Position numbers and translations under genes: made by a program. The notes under the pieces were generated by a model that saw only the letters and a list, made by a program, of their open reading frames with translations, searched no databases and had not been told where the DNA came from. A DNA stretch of 64,000 nucleotides, taken from assembly GCA_965367815.1 (NCBI GenBank), contig CBDUKN010000008.1:28237-92236 (forward strand), given 5' to 3'. The stretch comes from an uncultured Thermoprotei archaeon. Its GTDB lineage: Archaea; Thermoproteota; Thermoprotei; Thermofilales; B15-G2. This document shows positions 18,859 to 29,622 of the stretch, piece by piece (positions within the stretch are counted from its first letter, which is position 1; each line of letters opens with the position of its first letter).

Positions 18859-19728
18859 TTGACAGAACCGCTAATACTCCTCGATAAAGTATCGTTTAAA
18901 TACAGAGGGTCTCCAGACTACGCTATTAAAGATATTTCGCTAAAAATTCATGAAGGAGATTCTGTTTTAATAGCAGGACCCTCAGGATGTGGAAAAACCA
19001 CTCTCTGTAGAATTTTCAATGGTCTAATACCAAATTTCTACGAAGGAACTTTTGAGGGGAAAGCAGTTGTATGCGGCCATGATGTTACTAAAACTCCCAC
19101 ATATATTTTGGCAAGGTACGTTGGCATGGTTTTCCAAGAACCTGAAAACCAGCTCTTTTTCTCTACTGTAGAAAAAGAAATAGTTTTCGGACTAGAAAAC
19201 TTGGGTTTAAGTAGAGAAGAAATAGCAATAAGGCTGAAAGAAGTAGTAGATTACTTTAATCTACACAGTATCCTAAATAAAGCTCCATTCGAGCTATCGG
19301 GCGGTGAACAGCAGAAAGTCGCTATTGCTGCATGTATTGCAATGAAACCTAAAATACTAGTTTTAGATGAACCTACCGCAAATTTAGACCCTGTATCCGC
19401 TAAAGAAGTAATTCATCTACTTCATGATCTTAACCGAACATTGAAAATAACTATAGTAATTGTCGAACATCGTCTTGAACTAATAGCGCCTATAGCAACA
19501 AGACTCATAGTAATGTATAAGGGCAGAATAATCTTTGATGGTCCTACCCGAGAAGTTCTCTCGAGAAAAGATCTTGAAACTTATGGAGTGGCACCACCAA
19601 AAACTGTTGAATTATACAATAAACTTTGTGAAAAAGGAGTAAAACTCACTAAAATACCTCTATCACCACAAGAATTAAGGGAAGAAATAACAGGTGTTGT
19701 TTATGCCAAAGGCAGTCGAAGTACGTAG
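18859..19728 (+). CDS. ecfA: ECF-transporter ATPase (EcfA/CbiO-type ABC ATPase)
   Basis: Walker A GPSGCGKTT, signature LSGGEQQKV, Walker B LVLDEPT. Confidence 0.88.
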   Translation: MTEPLILLDKVSFKYRGSPDYAIKDISLKIHEGDSVLIAGPSGCGKTTLCRIFNGLIPNFYEGTFEGKAVVCGHDVTKTPTYILARYVGMVFQEPENQLFFSTVEKEIVFGLENLGLSREEIAIRLKEVVDYFNLHSILNKAPFELSGGEQQKVAIAACIAMKPKILVLDEPTANLDPVSAKEVIHLLHDLNRTLKITIVIVEHRLELIAPIATRLIVMYKGRIIFDGPTREVLSRKDLETYGVAPPKTVELYNKLCEKGVKLTKIPLSPQELREEITGVVYAKGSRST

Positions 19729-20542
19729 TTTGTACTTTAAGTATGAAGATTCAGACAAATACGCTTTAGAAGACATTAATCTCGAAATAAAGTCTGGAGA
19801 AAAAGTAGCCATAGTAGGTGAAAACGGCGCTGGAAAAACTACTCTCATAAAGCACTTCAATGGACTACTCAAACCGACGAAAGGCTATGTCAAAATCTTC
19901 GGTGTAGATACTAAGCAAACAACTGTAGCGAGTCTAGCTAGAAAAGTAGGCCTTGTTTTTCAGAATCCTGATCATCAATTTTTCGCAGAATCTGTTGAGA
20001 AAGAAATAGAGTTTGCACTAAGAAACTTCGGATTTAGTGACACAGAAATAAAAGACATTATTGATAAAATGCTGAAATTCTTTGGTCTTGAAAAATATAG
20101 AAAATCATCACCATTTACCTTAAGTGGAGGAGAAAAGAAACGACTAGCTATAGCTTCAGCTCTATGCTATAATCCCGATATAGTAGTTTTAGATGAGCCG
20201 ACAGTAGGTCAAGACATTATCCAGAAAAGAAAACTATCACTTCTTCTAGAGAAAATATCTGAAATGAACAAAACTATAGTAGTTGTAACACATGACATAG
20301 ACTTTGTTGCAGAAAATTTTAAAAGAGTAATAGTTATGGCACAAGGTCGAGTGATAGCTGACGGCGAAGTAAATGAAATTTTAACAAATAAAGATATCTT
20401 AAGAAAAGCAAGGCTTCTCCCTCCGCAAGTGACCTTATGTGCGTGGTATTTATCCGACCTAGGAATTTCTGAAAAAATAATTAAATTAGATGAACTTTTG
20501 GAGGAAATATTAGATCTTATCAAAGGGGCCAGATTATGTTGA
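19694..20542 (+). CDS. ecfA: ECF-transporter ATPase, second copy (EcfA')
   Basis: GENGAGKTT, LSGGEKKRL, VVLDEPT. Confidence 0.88.
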   Translation: MLFMPKAVEVRSLYFKYEDSDKYALEDINLEIKSGEKVAIVGENGAGKTTLIKHFNGLLKPTKGYVKIFGVDTKQTTVASLARKVGLVFQNPDHQFFAESVEKEIEFALRNFGFSDTEIKDIIDKMLKFFGLEKYRKSSPFTLSGGEKKRLAIASALCYNPDIVVLDEPTVGQDIIQKRKLSLLLEKISEMNKTIVVVTHDIDFVAENFKRVIVMAQGRVIADGEVNEILTNKDILRKARLLPPQVTLCAWYLSDLGISEKIIKLDELLEEILDLIKGARLC

Positions 20543-21273
20543 GATCACTTCAGTCATTTAGATATCTTAAGAAAAACACTATTATTCATAATCTAGACCC
20601 TAGAAGCAAAATGTTATTTGTCATTTTATTATCATTTCTTATATTTATATCAAACAACATCATAACACTTAGTTTAATAATGTTTTTAGTTATAATTACT
20701 GCATACGCAGCTAAGTCTATTTCACAGCTATTAAAGATGCTTAAAGGAATTTTGCCGTGGATTATATTTATATTCGTAGTTAATTACTTTACGTCAGAAA
20801 AAGGAATTTTGATAGCCACTATAATGTCATTAAAGTTTACAGCCTTAGCCACAGTATTTACTCTCTTCTTTATTACAACTTCGCCCGAAGACTTTATGCT
20901 GGCTCTCAATAAACTCGGTTTACCTTATGAATATACATTAGCCTTCACTATGGCTATGAGATTTGTCCCTTCGCTAGCCAGAGATCTTCAAATAATAATC
21001 GATGCACAAAAAAGTAGAGGCCTTGAATTAGAAAAAGGCAATTTTATAGAAAGAATAAGAAGGTACATACCAATACTAGTACCGCTAATAGTATACGAGA
21101 TTAGGCGGAGTTTTATGATAGCAGAAGCGCTTGAATCGAGAGCTTTTGGATCTACTAAAAGAACATTCTATTATGAATTGAAGATAACTAAAAATGACAT
21201 TCTTTTCATTATTTTCTCATGTATTATTGCAATGGTACTATATTTGATAGAAGTATTCTTTAAGTTATTCTAA
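20536..21273 (+). CDS. ecfT: ECF-transporter transmembrane component (EcfT/CbiQ)
   Basis: Polytopic membrane protein with ...FVPSLARDLQIIIDAQKSRG..., downstream of the two ATPases. Confidence 0.8.
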   Translation: MLRSLQSFRYLKKNTIIHNLDPRSKMLFVILLSFLIFISNNIITLSLIMFLVIITAYAAKSISQLLKMLKGILPWIIFIFVVNYFTSEKGILIATIMSLKFTALATVFTLFFITTSPEDFMLALNKLGLPYEYTLAFTMAMRFVPSLARDLQIIIDAQKSRGLELEKGNFIERIRRYIPILVPLIVYEIRRSFMIAEALESRAFGSTKRTFYYELKITKNDILFIIFSCIIAMVLYLIEVFFKLF

Positions 21274-21819
21274 TCCTCTTTTTCTTAATACTTCAATCCA
21301 TGGATTTTCTCTAAGATAACTTGGAAGAGTTTCCTCTTCGGGAGTATAGCTTGCTACAATTTCTTCACGAGTGGGCAACTCGCTTATTTTTATCATATAC
21401 CTTAGCGATCTTAGATTCTTGTTTAACTCCTTTATCTGCTCAGCTAAATTAGCTATTTCTTTGATTAGAGCTGAAAGTAATTCTGCATTTGCTGGCTGGG
21501 CAGTAGGCTTCTCTACTGTAATCGAAGGTTTTGTTTGTATTTCTTTAAATGCTTCCGCCAATATTTTGGCGAGAACCTTTAGTAAAGCCTCTTCACTAAT
21601 GGACGCTTCTGCTGTGACAGTAGAAGGTGTTGAAGTAGCTGCTACTTGAGTTTGTGTCCGTAAGCCTTTTTCGCGTTGAAGTTTGCGGTATTTGGATAAA
21701 GCCTTGTATACTGTTTTTATAGAAACTTTAAGTTTCTCAGCTATCTCTCGTGGAGAGAGTCCATTAAGATATTCTTTTACAATAGCTTTTTCAGTATCAG
21801 TAAGCCTTATGGACGACAA
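21265..21819 (-). CDS. Hypothetical HTH-domain protein
   Basis: N-terminal LSPREIAEKLKVSIKTVYKALSKY (LuxR/sigma-r4-like helix-turn-helix), then a low-complexity linker and a coiled-coil-like tail. Confidence 0.45.
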   Translation of the reverse strand: MSSIRLTDTEKAIVKEYLNGLSPREIAEKLKVSIKTVYKALSKYRKLQREKGLRTQTQVAATSTPSTVTAEASISEEALLKVLAKILAEAFKEIQTKPSITVEKPTAQPANAELLSALIKEIANLAEQIKELNKNLRSLRYMIKISELPTREEIVASYTPEEETLPSYLRENPWIEVLRKRGLE

Positions 21820-21879
21820 TGTTTAAACCCTAGTGTAAAGTTGATATAGAAAAGTATTTTAACGTTATGTTTAGAGACT

Positions 21880-24084
21880 TTAAGGCTTAATGAAGTCTTC
21901 GGGTTTTGGTATTTCTTTTGGAAGTCCCTTACGCTCTCTTATCTTCAGAATAAGGTCTGCTAGCATTGATTCAGGTACTGGAGCCCACTTGTAGAACTGT
22001 GTAGACCAGAAAGCTCTTCCTGCTGTAGCGCTTCTAAGCTCATCTGCTAAATCAAATGTTTCTGATACTGGAATTTCTCCTTTTACATGCATCAACATAC
22101 CGCTTTTTTCTAAGCTCACTATTTTTCCTCGCTTGCGTGTAATTACGTTGAGTACTCCGCCTAAGTAGTTTTCAGGTACTTTTACTTCAATCTTGTAAAT
22201 TGGCTCTAGTAGCGTTGGTTTAGCTGAAAGGAAGCCTGCAAATATTGCGTTCTTAGTAGCTGGCATTATCTGGGCAGGTCCTCTGTGTGCCGGATCTTCG
22301 TGTATTATAGCGTCATGAAGAATTACTTTTATTCCACGGACTGGTTCGTGGCATAGAGGCCCTTCAGCTAGAGCCCATCTAAAGCCCATTATTATAGTGT
22401 CTCTAACTTCTCTTAGGTGCTGGACACCTTTTGTTAAGTCGACTAAAATGTTTAGATTATCGTCTATAGCCCATATTCCTCTAGCTTCGTCTGCGTCCCA
22501 ACCTGCTTGTTCTCTTAGTATTTTAGCTCTTGTTCTCCAATCCTGGTCATCGTATACAATACCTTTCTGTAACAGCTCTAGTGTTTCTTCATTTAATGGC
22601 TCTACGCTTATATATAGTTTGTTGTGCTTGTTAGGTGACTTGCCCTCAAACGGTCCTGCTACTTTACGTATTGTCTCTCTGTATCTGATTACAGGCGGCG
22701 ATGTAACCACTTCTATTCCTGACCTCTGTTTCAAGTCCCATAGTGCGATTTCTAGGTGAAGTGTACCCATTCCGCTTAGTAGATACTCTCCGGTCTCCTC
22801 GTTAATGTAAACGTGCAATGTCGGGTCTTCAATAGCCATCTTTCTGAGTATTTCTACAAGTTTAGGTAAGTCGCTGCTGTTCTTAGGTTCTATAGCTATT
22901 GTAACTACGGGCTCGCTTATGTATCTGAGTCTTTCGAACGGCGCTGCCACGTCCTTATATTTAACATCAACTATTGTCTCTCCTGCTCTCGCTTTTTCTA
23001 GACCTAAGAGAGCTGCAATATTACCAGCAGTGATTTCATTTGCCACTTCTCTGACAGGACCCATGTAGAGACCTACTTGAAGTATTCTCTCTGTGGTCTT
23101 AGCTCCTATAAGGTATACTTCTTCGCCTGTATAAACGGTTCCTGAGAATACTCTACCTGTAGTAACTAATCCAGCATGAGGATCTGCTACTACTTTAGTT
23201 GCACATATAACTGTTGGTCCATCGGGATCACACTCTAACATAGCTTTACCTATTTCCGAGTTAAGGTCTCCTTTCCATAGCTTGGGTATTCTGTATTTCT
23301 GAGCTTCTGCAGGGTTAGGTATATGCTCGATAACCATGTCGAGCACGGCTACGTATAACGGAGCCTCCTTAGCTAGTTCTTCGTAATATCCTCTCGTGTA
23401 TGCGTCAATTATATTTGAGAACTTGAATCCGAGTTTCTTTGCTAAAGGTATGGTCAAACCCCATTTATGAAGCGCCGCACCAAAAGCTACCTGTCCTTTA
23501 GCTGGGTCGACTTTCCACTTATCTCTGTACTCGGGTTCTGCATATAGGTCTATTAACATGTTGAACTCTTTTATAATCTGGACGAAGCGTTGCTGAATCT
23601 CGCTTGCAGATAATTTAAGTTCTCTTATGAGCCTGTCGACCTTGTTTATGAAAAGAAGTGGTCTAACTCTTTCTTCGAGAGCCTGTCTTACTACAGTTTC
23701 AGTCTGGGTCATTACTCCTTCTACAGCGTCGACAACTACTATTGCTCCGTCCATTGCTCTCAGAGATCTAGTTACGTGGCCTGTGAAGTCGACGTGGCCT
23801 GGTGTATCTATTAGGTTTATTACGTATCCTTTGCCTTCCCATTCATGGTATAGGCTTACGTTAGCTGCCTTTACAGTCATTTGTCTTAACTGCTCTATTT
23901 CTACGTAGTCTAAGGCGAGAGCTTTTCCTGCAACTTTAGGTGAGATAAGGCCTGCTCCCATTAGCAAGCTGTCTGAGAGAGTTGTTTTTCCGTGGTCTAC
24001 GTGGGCTAAGGTACCTATATTTCGTACTCTTTCAACGTCTCTCATTAACTTTAATACTTCCTCGGTCTGTTTGTATTTAGGCAT
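21880..24084 (-). CDS. fusA: Translation elongation factor 2 (aEF-2)
   Basis: [25 protein letters not shown] and the diphthamide-region HEDPAHRG. Confidence 0.97.
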   Translation of the reverse strand: MPKYKQTEEVLKLMRDVERVRNIGTLAHVDHGKTTLSDSLLMGAGLISPKVAGKALALDYVEIEQLRQMTVKAANVSLYHEWEGKGYVINLIDTPGHVDFTGHVTRSLRAMDGAIVVVDAVEGVMTQTETVVRQALEERVRPLLFINKVDRLIRELKLSASEIQQRFVQIIKEFNMLIDLYAEPEYRDKWKVDPAKGQVAFGAALHKWGLTIPLAKKLGFKFSNIIDAYTRGYYEELAKEAPLYVAVLDMVIEHIPNPAEAQKYRIPKLWKGDLNSEIGKAMLECDPDGPTVICATKVVADPHAGLVTTGRVFSGTVYTGEEVYLIGAKTTERILQVGLYMGPVREVANEITAGNIAALLGLEKARAGETIVDVKYKDVAAPFERLRYISEPVVTIAIEPKNSSDLPKLVEILRKMAIEDPTLHVYINEETGEYLLSGMGTLHLEIALWDLKQRSGIEVVTSPPVIRYRETIRKVAGPFEGKSPNKHNKLYISVEPLNEETLELLQKGIVYDDQDWRTRAKILREQAGWDADEARGIWAIDDNLNILVDLTKGVQHLREVRDTIIMGFRWALAEGPLCHEPVRGIKVILHDAIIHEDPAHRGPAQIMPATKNAIFAGFLSAKPTLLEPIYKIEVKVPENYLGGVLNVITRKRGKIVSLEKSGMLMHVKGEIPVSETFDLADELRSATAGRAFWSTQFYKWAPVPESMLADLILKIRERKGLPKEIPKPEDFIKP

Positions 24085-24205
24085 ACAATCACCTTTACAT
24101 TACTCCTTTGGTATCGCAATATAAATCTGTCTCCTAAATAAATTTACTCTCCAATAGAGGAATTTAATTATAGAAGAAGACGTACAATTAATTTCTAAAA
24201 ACGGC

Positions 24206-24631
24206 TTAGACTATCATTGTAGCCATTGAAGCTATTCTAGGCCAACGGTCTGCCGCTTCTTTTGCTACAGGTCCTCTTATTTCGCTTCCTTTAGGATCAC
24301 CTTCGGGAGACACTATCACTATGGCGTTGTCTTCAAACGCTATCCATGTACCGTCAGGTCTTCTGTAAGGTCTTTTCTGTCTTATTACTATACCCCTCAT
24401 TATTTGCTTTCTGAGCTCAGGTCTACCCTCCCTAATAGACACTATAACCATGTCTCCTACTGCTGCTCCAGGTATTCTTCTCCAGACTGTTTTTGCTCTA
24501 ATTACACCTATTATTTTTGCCAGCTGTGCTCCTGAATTATCGCTAACTTTTACTAAAGACCCTACGAATATTCCCGGGGTGATATGTAGCCTATACGATA
24601 CTCCAGAGACTTTAGCTCCTCTCTTTGCCAT
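24206..24631 (-). CDS. rpl14: Ribosomal protein L14 (uL14)
   Basis: [17 protein letters not shown]...[11 protein letters not shown]... Confidence 0.93.
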   Translation of the reverse strand: MAKRGAKVSGVSYRLHITPGIFVGSLVKVSDNSGAQLAKIIGVIRAKTVWRRIPGAAVGDMVIVSIREGRPELRKQIMRGIVIRQKRPYRRPDGTWIAFEDNAIVIVSPEGDPKGSEIRGPVAKEAADRWPRIASMATMIV

Positions 24632-24698
24632 TAGCTCTCCCTCTTCTCAAAATGAAGAACTCCTCTTAAAATCTTTCGCCTGTATATCCTCACTACCG

Positions 24699-25031
24699 TC
24701 AGCTCTTCTTTTTGCCTAAAACTACAAACGAAACTGTTTTCGCTATAGGTCTGCATTCTCCAATAACTACTTTATCTCCAACCTCTACTTCAACGCAAGG
24801 CGGTAAATGAGCATGTATTTTTCTTCTTCTGCGCTCGTATCTCTTGTATTTTGGAATATATACAAGGTACTCGTGAAGAATTACAGCAGTTTTATTCATC
24901 TTTTTCTTAATTAAAGTTCCCTCTAACAGAATTCCTCTAACAGATAGTGTACCGTGAAATGGGCAGTTTTTATCATTGCATGTTTTTTCAGGCTCCTCTA
25001 TCCAACTTATACCTACACTTCTTTTAGCCAT
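24699..25031 (-). CDS. rps17: Ribosomal protein S17 (uS17)
   Basis: CNDKNCPFHGTLSVRG...HAHLPPC..VEVGDKVVIGECRPIAKT. Confidence 0.9.
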   Translation of the reverse strand: MAKRSVGISWIEEPEKTCNDKNCPFHGTLSVRGILLEGTLIKKKMNKTAVILHEYLVYIPKYKRYERRRRKIHAHLPPCVEVEVGDKVVIGECRPIAKTVSFVVLGKKKS

Positions 25032-25258
25032 TACTTACCACCCCTTTCTCTCTTCAATTCTTCCTCCCTCTCTATTGTAAGGACCCTAGCTATATTTTTT
25101 CTCAAGATTCTTATTCTAGCCGGATTATCTAGCACTCCTCTGCTTTCCTGCATAGCTCTTAGCCTCATTAACTCAGTTTTAAGCTCTATTAGTAGCTTAC
25201 GTCGTTCTTCAGGAGTCATTTTTCTTATATCATCAGGCTTTAGCGCCATATATCTCAC
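25031..25258 (-). CDS. rpl29: Ribosomal protein L29 (uL29)
   Basis: 75 aa, LKTELMRLRAM..., located between S3 and S17. Confidence 0.88.
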   Translation of the reverse strand: MRYMALKPDDIRKMTPEERRKLLIELKTELMRLRAMQESRGVLDNPARIRILRKNIARVLTIEREEELKRERGGK

Positions 25259-25890
25259 CTAGCTGCTACTTGTTCAGGAGTCTTTATTTTAATATCTTCT
25301 GGAGTCTCTACAGGAGGCATTATCCTTACTTCAATTCCATACATTCCGGGTTTTAAAAGGACTTCTACTATAGCTTCATCTACGTAAACATCTTTTAACT
25401 GTCCGACTTTATATATCACTCCAGCAGTATACTTCTCGTATCTGGCTCTTTCAGATGTAAGCTTACCGCTAATAACTATTTCTGCTCCTCTAGCCCCAGC
25501 CTCCATAATTCTTCTTAAGGCGATAAATGCGGCTCGCCTAAACTTTACTCCTCGCGCTAATGCATTAGCTATGTGATATGCCACTATTTTTGCATTGAGA
25601 TAGGGGTTCGGTATTTCCATGACCTCTATTTGAGGATTATCTAGTCCGAATTTTGTTTGAAGTATTCTAGCCAGTTGCTTAATGTTTGCTCCGCGTCTAC
25701 CAATTACCATAAATGGTCTCTCTGCATAAATTATAACTCTTGTACCCAAGGGTGTACGCATTAAGTCTACTTTAACATATCCAGCTCTACAGAGAACTCT
25801 TCTCAAATACTCGTTAATTTCCATTCTGCGTAAACCGCGTATAATAAATCTCTTCTCGACATCAACCTTTTTCTCCAAACCAAAGCTCAT
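25255..25890 (-). CDS. rps3: Ribosomal protein S3 (uS3)
   Basis: KH motif VIGRRGANIKQL and synteny. Confidence 0.93.
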   Translation of the reverse strand: MSFGLEKKVDVEKRFIIRGLRRMEINEYLRRVLCRAGYVKVDLMRTPLGTRVIIYAERPFMVIGRRGANIKQLARILQTKFGLDNPQIEVMEIPNPYLNAKIVAYHIANALARGVKFRRAAFIALRRIMEAGARGAEIVISGKLTSERARYEKYTAGVIYKVGQLKDVYVDEAIVEVLLKPGMYGIEVRIMPPVETPEDIKIKTPEQVAAR

Positions 25891-25895
25891 ACTAC

Positions 25896-26357
25896 CTACC
25901 TCTCTTCAAGAGCTATTTCTACATGAACTAACTGCTGGAAATAGGGTGTTGCTCTACCAAACGCTCTCGGAATATATTTTCTAATTTTAATACTTTTGTG
26001 AGCAGCTGCATGAACTACGTAGAGATTCGATGTGTCTAGACCTTTATAGGCAGCATTTGCTTCAGCATTCTTAAGTACTTCGAGTATCGCTTTAGCTGCC
26101 TTAACGGGCCATCGAACAGCAGGCCATTTATCTACAGCTTTATGATGCGGCACCTTCTTTTTGTATGTTCTGAACGGTATTGCTTGCTTCATTTTAATTA
26201 CGTCTACAAGTATCTTCTTAGCTTCCTCCAATTTTCGGTTTCTTATGAAATGACATATTTCTACTGCGTGCTTATATGATATTCTTAAGTCTCTACCAGC
26301 TGCGATTGCAGTTCTCACGGGATCCAAGTCCTGTCGTGAAAAGTGCCATCTCGTCAT
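25896..26357 (-). CDS. rpl22: Ribosomal protein L22 (uL22)
   Basis: ...ISYKHAVEICHFIRNRKLEEAKKIL...PRAFGRATPY... Confidence 0.92.
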   Translation of the reverse strand: MTRWHFSRQDLDPVRTAIAAGRDLRISYKHAVEICHFIRNRKLEEAKKILVDVIKMKQAIPFRTYKKKVPHHKAVDKWPAVRWPVKAAKAILEVLKNAEANAAYKGLDTSNLYVVHAAAHKSIKIRKYIPRAFGRATPYFQQLVHVEIALEER

Positions 26358-26433
26358 AATATACGGGAGAAAAAAATAATGGTAAATTTAAATTTTTCTA
26401 TCTCTAGTTAGCTAATACCGGGAGGGGACCCTA

Positions 26434-27294
26434 ATGTCTCTTAAAGCATATGTTAAGTTAACCCGTCTGGACCACGGCGTACTAAGCGTTATTGGGGTTC
26501 TCGCAGGACTCCTAACAAATTGTTCAAGCAATGTATCGGTACTAAAGATCACTATCGCAGTAGTAGTTCCTCTCTTCATTGAAATGGGGCTTTTTGCGTT
26601 AAATGACTATTTTAACATCGAAGAAGACAAAATAAATGCACCCGACAGGCCTCTTGTTCGAGGAGATATCTCGCCAAAAGCTGCACTTACTCTAGGAATA
26701 GCTGCTTTGCTTATAGGCTACACAGCAGCTCTATTAGCTATATTAGAAGGCAGAATGCTTTCTATAGTTTTGATAACATTGATCATCATAATAGGAGTAC
26801 TGTACGACGCAAGAATAAAGACTCTAGGGCTTATCGGCAACCTGATAGTATCATTCTCTACAGCGTCCACGTTTATTTATGGAGCATTATTAGCCAAAAG
26901 TATTGTGGACATAAATATGGCTACTTGGATAATCTTCATTACGGCATTCCTATCGTGCCTTGGAAGAGAGATACTTAAAGGCGTTAGAGACTACTTGGGA
27001 GACAAAAAAGCTGGAGTATTAACTCTTGCAGTAAAGTATGGCACTCAACGAGCAGTGGCAATATCGAGTATTTTGATAGTATCCGCAATAGTAGCCGCGT
27101 TATCAAATATCATTTATGTGAAAAAACCAGCAGTTTATACAGTTTTATTAATTCCTGCAGTAATGCTTTTCGCTGTAGCAATAGCGATATCCTTCAAAAA
27201 TCCAGATGATGTCAAGCTCGCAGAAAAAGCCAGAAAATATACACTATATGCTATGGGTTTAGGGCTAATAGCCTTTTTAGCAGGAATGATCTAA
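26434..27294 (+). CDS. UbiA-family prenyltransferase (DGGGP-synthase-like)
   Basis: Polytopic membrane protein with NDYFNIEEDKINAPDRPL (Asp-rich motif 1). The specific substrate is inferred only. Confidence 0.8.
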   Translation: MSLKAYVKLTRLDHGVLSVIGVLAGLLTNCSSNVSVLKITIAVVVPLFIEMGLFALNDYFNIEEDKINAPDRPLVRGDISPKAALTLGIAALLIGYTAALLAILEGRMLSIVLITLIIIIGVLYDARIKTLGLIGNLIVSFSTASTFIYGALLAKSIVDINMATWIIFITAFLSCLGREILKGVRDYLGDKKAGVLTLAVKYGTQRAVAISSILIVSAIVAALSNIIYVKKPAVYTVLLIPAVMLFAVAIAISFKNPDDVKLAEKARKYTLYAMGLGLIAFLAGMI

Positions 27295-27332
27295 ATTAAT
27301 TTGGGTAAATATCTTAGAAAGTATAGAGAACT

Positions 27333-27740
27333 TCACTTAAGTGGAACATACATGCTTGACCTTGTTGCTTTAAGTCCAGGCTCTCCGTGTTCTACTTTCT
27401 TTGTTGTTAAAGCGAATTCTCCAAGGTAATGGCCGATCATCTCAGGCGTTATTGTGACAGGGACAAATTCTTTTCCATTATACACTCCTATAGTGACACC
27501 TACCATTTCCGGCAATATGATCATATCCCTTTCGTGTGTTTTTATGAATACTTTCTTCCCTTCTTTCATTAGCTTCTTTGCCTTTCTTATTTTTTCGAGC
27601 AATCTTCGCTTTTCGTAAGACAACCCTCGCAGTAAGCTTCTGCGCTGCCTTGCTGGGAGCAGTTTAATGAATTCATCCATTGGCATTTTTAATAGTTCTT
27701 CGAAGGTATATCCCCTGTATCTAAATTCCTTATAGCTCAT
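27333..27740 (-). CDS. rps19: Ribosomal protein S19 (uS19)
   Basis: ...[30 protein letters not shown]. Confidence 0.93.
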   Translation of the reverse strand: MSYKEFRYRGYTFEELLKMPMDEFIKLLPARQRRSLLRGLSYEKRRLLEKIRKAKKLMKEGKKVFIKTHERDMIILPEMVGVTIGVYNGKEFVPVTITPEMIGHYLGEFALTTKKVEHGEPGLKATRSSMYVPLK

Positions 27741-27813
27741 AGTCTTTCTCCCTATTACACTCTATGTTATAAATCTTACTCATTTTAACCAAGCGATACT
27801 ACGTAACAGCATG

Positions 27814-28536
27814 CTAGCCTTTTCTTCTGCCTGTTCTTCTTGGTGCTATGTGACCCACTTTCTGACCTGGAGGCGCTGTACGCGGTACAGGTGTACCTCC
27901 TTTGGGGTGTGCTCCTCCGCCGTGTGGATGCGCGTAAGCACCCATGGCTTTTCCTCTAACTGTTGGATACTTCCATGCCTTAGATCTAGATAAGTGGTAC
28001 TTTTTGCCAGCCTTGAGGAATGGTTTTTCTACGCGTCCTCCTCCGGCGACCACACCTATTGTGGCTCTGCACCTAATGTTTATTTCCTTAGTTTTTCCCG
28101 AAGGTAACTGTACAAGTGCTTTACTTCCGCTTTTTGCGAGAAGAATAGCATATGTTCCGCTAGACCTAGCTATTTTTCCTCCGTCTCCAGGCTTAAGCTC
28201 TACGTTACATATCTTAGTACCTTCAGGTATTGAATACAGAGGAAGTATGTTTCCATTTCTAGGCGCGGCGTTCTCACCATACTCGATTATTTGACCTACA
28301 TAGAGGCCTTCAACAGCTACAGTAAGCATTTCTGTTTTATCTTCGAAAACTATTTTTACCAATGGTGCCCCTCTGCCGGGGTCATGAAGTAGCTCAACTA
28401 CCTTACCTTTAAGCCCTCTTTTTATCTCCTCTTCATTAAATACCCTATATTTGGCTGGTCCTACTTTCTTCCATCTAGGAGACCTAAATACAGACCCTCC
28501 GCGCCCTCTCCTTTGTACTATTAGTCGTTTACCCAT
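27814..28536 (-). CDS. rpl2: Ribosomal protein L2 (uL2)
   Basis: ...GGGRVEKPFLKAG...VRGKAMGAYAHPHGGG. Confidence 0.96.
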   Translation of the reverse strand: MGKRLIVQRRGRGGSVFRSPRWKKVGPAKYRVFNEEEIKRGLKGKVVELLHDPGRGAPLVKIVFEDKTEMLTVAVEGLYVGQIIEYGENAAPRNGNILPLYSIPEGTKICNVELKPGDGGKIARSSGTYAILLAKSGSKALVQLPSGKTKEINIRCRATIGVVAGGGRVEKPFLKAGKKYHLSRSKAWKYPTVRGKAMGAYAHPHGGGAHPKGGTPVPRTAPPGQKVGHIAPRRTGRRKG

Positions 28537-28547
28537 TTTTCACCACC

Positions 28548-28838
28548 TTACAGTAATCCTAATCTAGATGCTACTTCCTCAGCCTTATACTCAGGAGCTA
28601 GCTTTACATAAGCTTTTTTCTCGCCTTCAGGCGTTATAAGTGTATTGACTTTAACTACCTTTACTCCAAATAGCTTCTCTACTGTCTCTCTTATTTGATG
28701 CTTAGTAGCTTTGCGATGAACAATAAATACTAAAGTATTCTCTTTTTCAATTTTAGTCAAAGCTTTTTCAGTCATTAGCGGCCTTATAATTATAGAGTAA
28801 TAATCAATACCCATAATTATCCCCCTACATAGTTTCAA
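28548..28838 (-). CDS. rpl23: Ribosomal protein L23 (uL23)
   Basis: [11 protein letters not shown]...[14 protein letters not shown]. The likely start is the internal Met at 28814. Confidence 0.9.
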   Translation of the reverse strand: MKLCRGIIMGIDYYSIIIRPLMTEKALTKIEKENTLVFIVHRKATKHQIRETVEKLFGVKVVKVNTLITPEGEKKAYVKLAPEYKAEEVASRLGLL

Positions 28839-29622
28839 ACACTAGCTGCATAATTCTGTCTTCATATTTCTTCTCGAGAATTTTAAGAGCAGATTTTGTC
28901 CATAATGTAAGTCTACCGGGATGCCCGCCGGGAGCAAGATGCATTGTGCTTAGCTGGTCTACTGTGACTACGTCTACACCTGGAAGATTTCTCGCAGCTT
29001 TAATTATAGGTGCTGGAGACGGTATTACTATGAGCACGCTTTTCGGCTTCTTATAACGCCGCCCTCTCATTTTACCTTTACCTGCTCTTACTTTTCGGCC
29101 TTTTTTAGCTCTTTCAACATCTTCCCACAAGCCTAGCTTCATGAAAAGTTCTCTGACTTCTCTTGTTTTCTCTAATTTAAGTATGTCGTCTACAACTATA
29201 AGTGGAATATGAGGCACTTTATCTACTACATGGCCTCTTTTTGCAACAATATCCTTATTTGCTGTAGCTGCAATAGCTGAGAGTATAGCCAGTTGTCTTT
29301 CCTTTTTGTTTACTTCTTCATGAATTACTTTTTCAACTACTGGTGGGTGAGCTCTTCTTCCTTTAACGGTCATTGGTGCAAATGCTGCTCTCGAAGACCC
29401 CTTAATTCTCGGTACACGAGCTACTCCGTAGCCTACTCCCCAGCTTTCTGCTGTTGTTCTTTTACCTGCCATAGGGTCTCTTCCCTGCGGCTGTACTCTA
29501 GCAGTAAAAGCTGACAAAAAGTCTCTTCTTATGACATCTATTCTCAGTGGAATATCGAAGATCTTAGGTCTTTCTATTTCCTCTACAACTTTTCCTTCAA
29601 GGTCATATACTGGGATCTTCAC
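28825..29622 (-). CDS. rpl4: Ribosomal protein L4 (uL4)
   Basis: ...[29 protein letters not shown]... Confidence 0.92.
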   Translation of the reverse strand: MKIPVYDLEGKVVEEIERPKIFDIPLRIDVIRRDFLSAFTARVQPQGRDPMAGKRTTAESWGVGYGVARVPRIKGSSRAAFAPMTVKGRRAHPPVVEKVIHEEVNKKERQLAILSAIAATANKDIVAKRGHVVDKVPHIPLIVVDDILKLEKTREVRELFMKLGLWEDVERAKKGRKVRAGKGKMRGRRYKKPKSVLIVIPSPAPIIKAARNLPGVDVVTVDQLSTMHLAPGGHPGRLTLWTKSALKILEKKYEDRIMQLVFETM

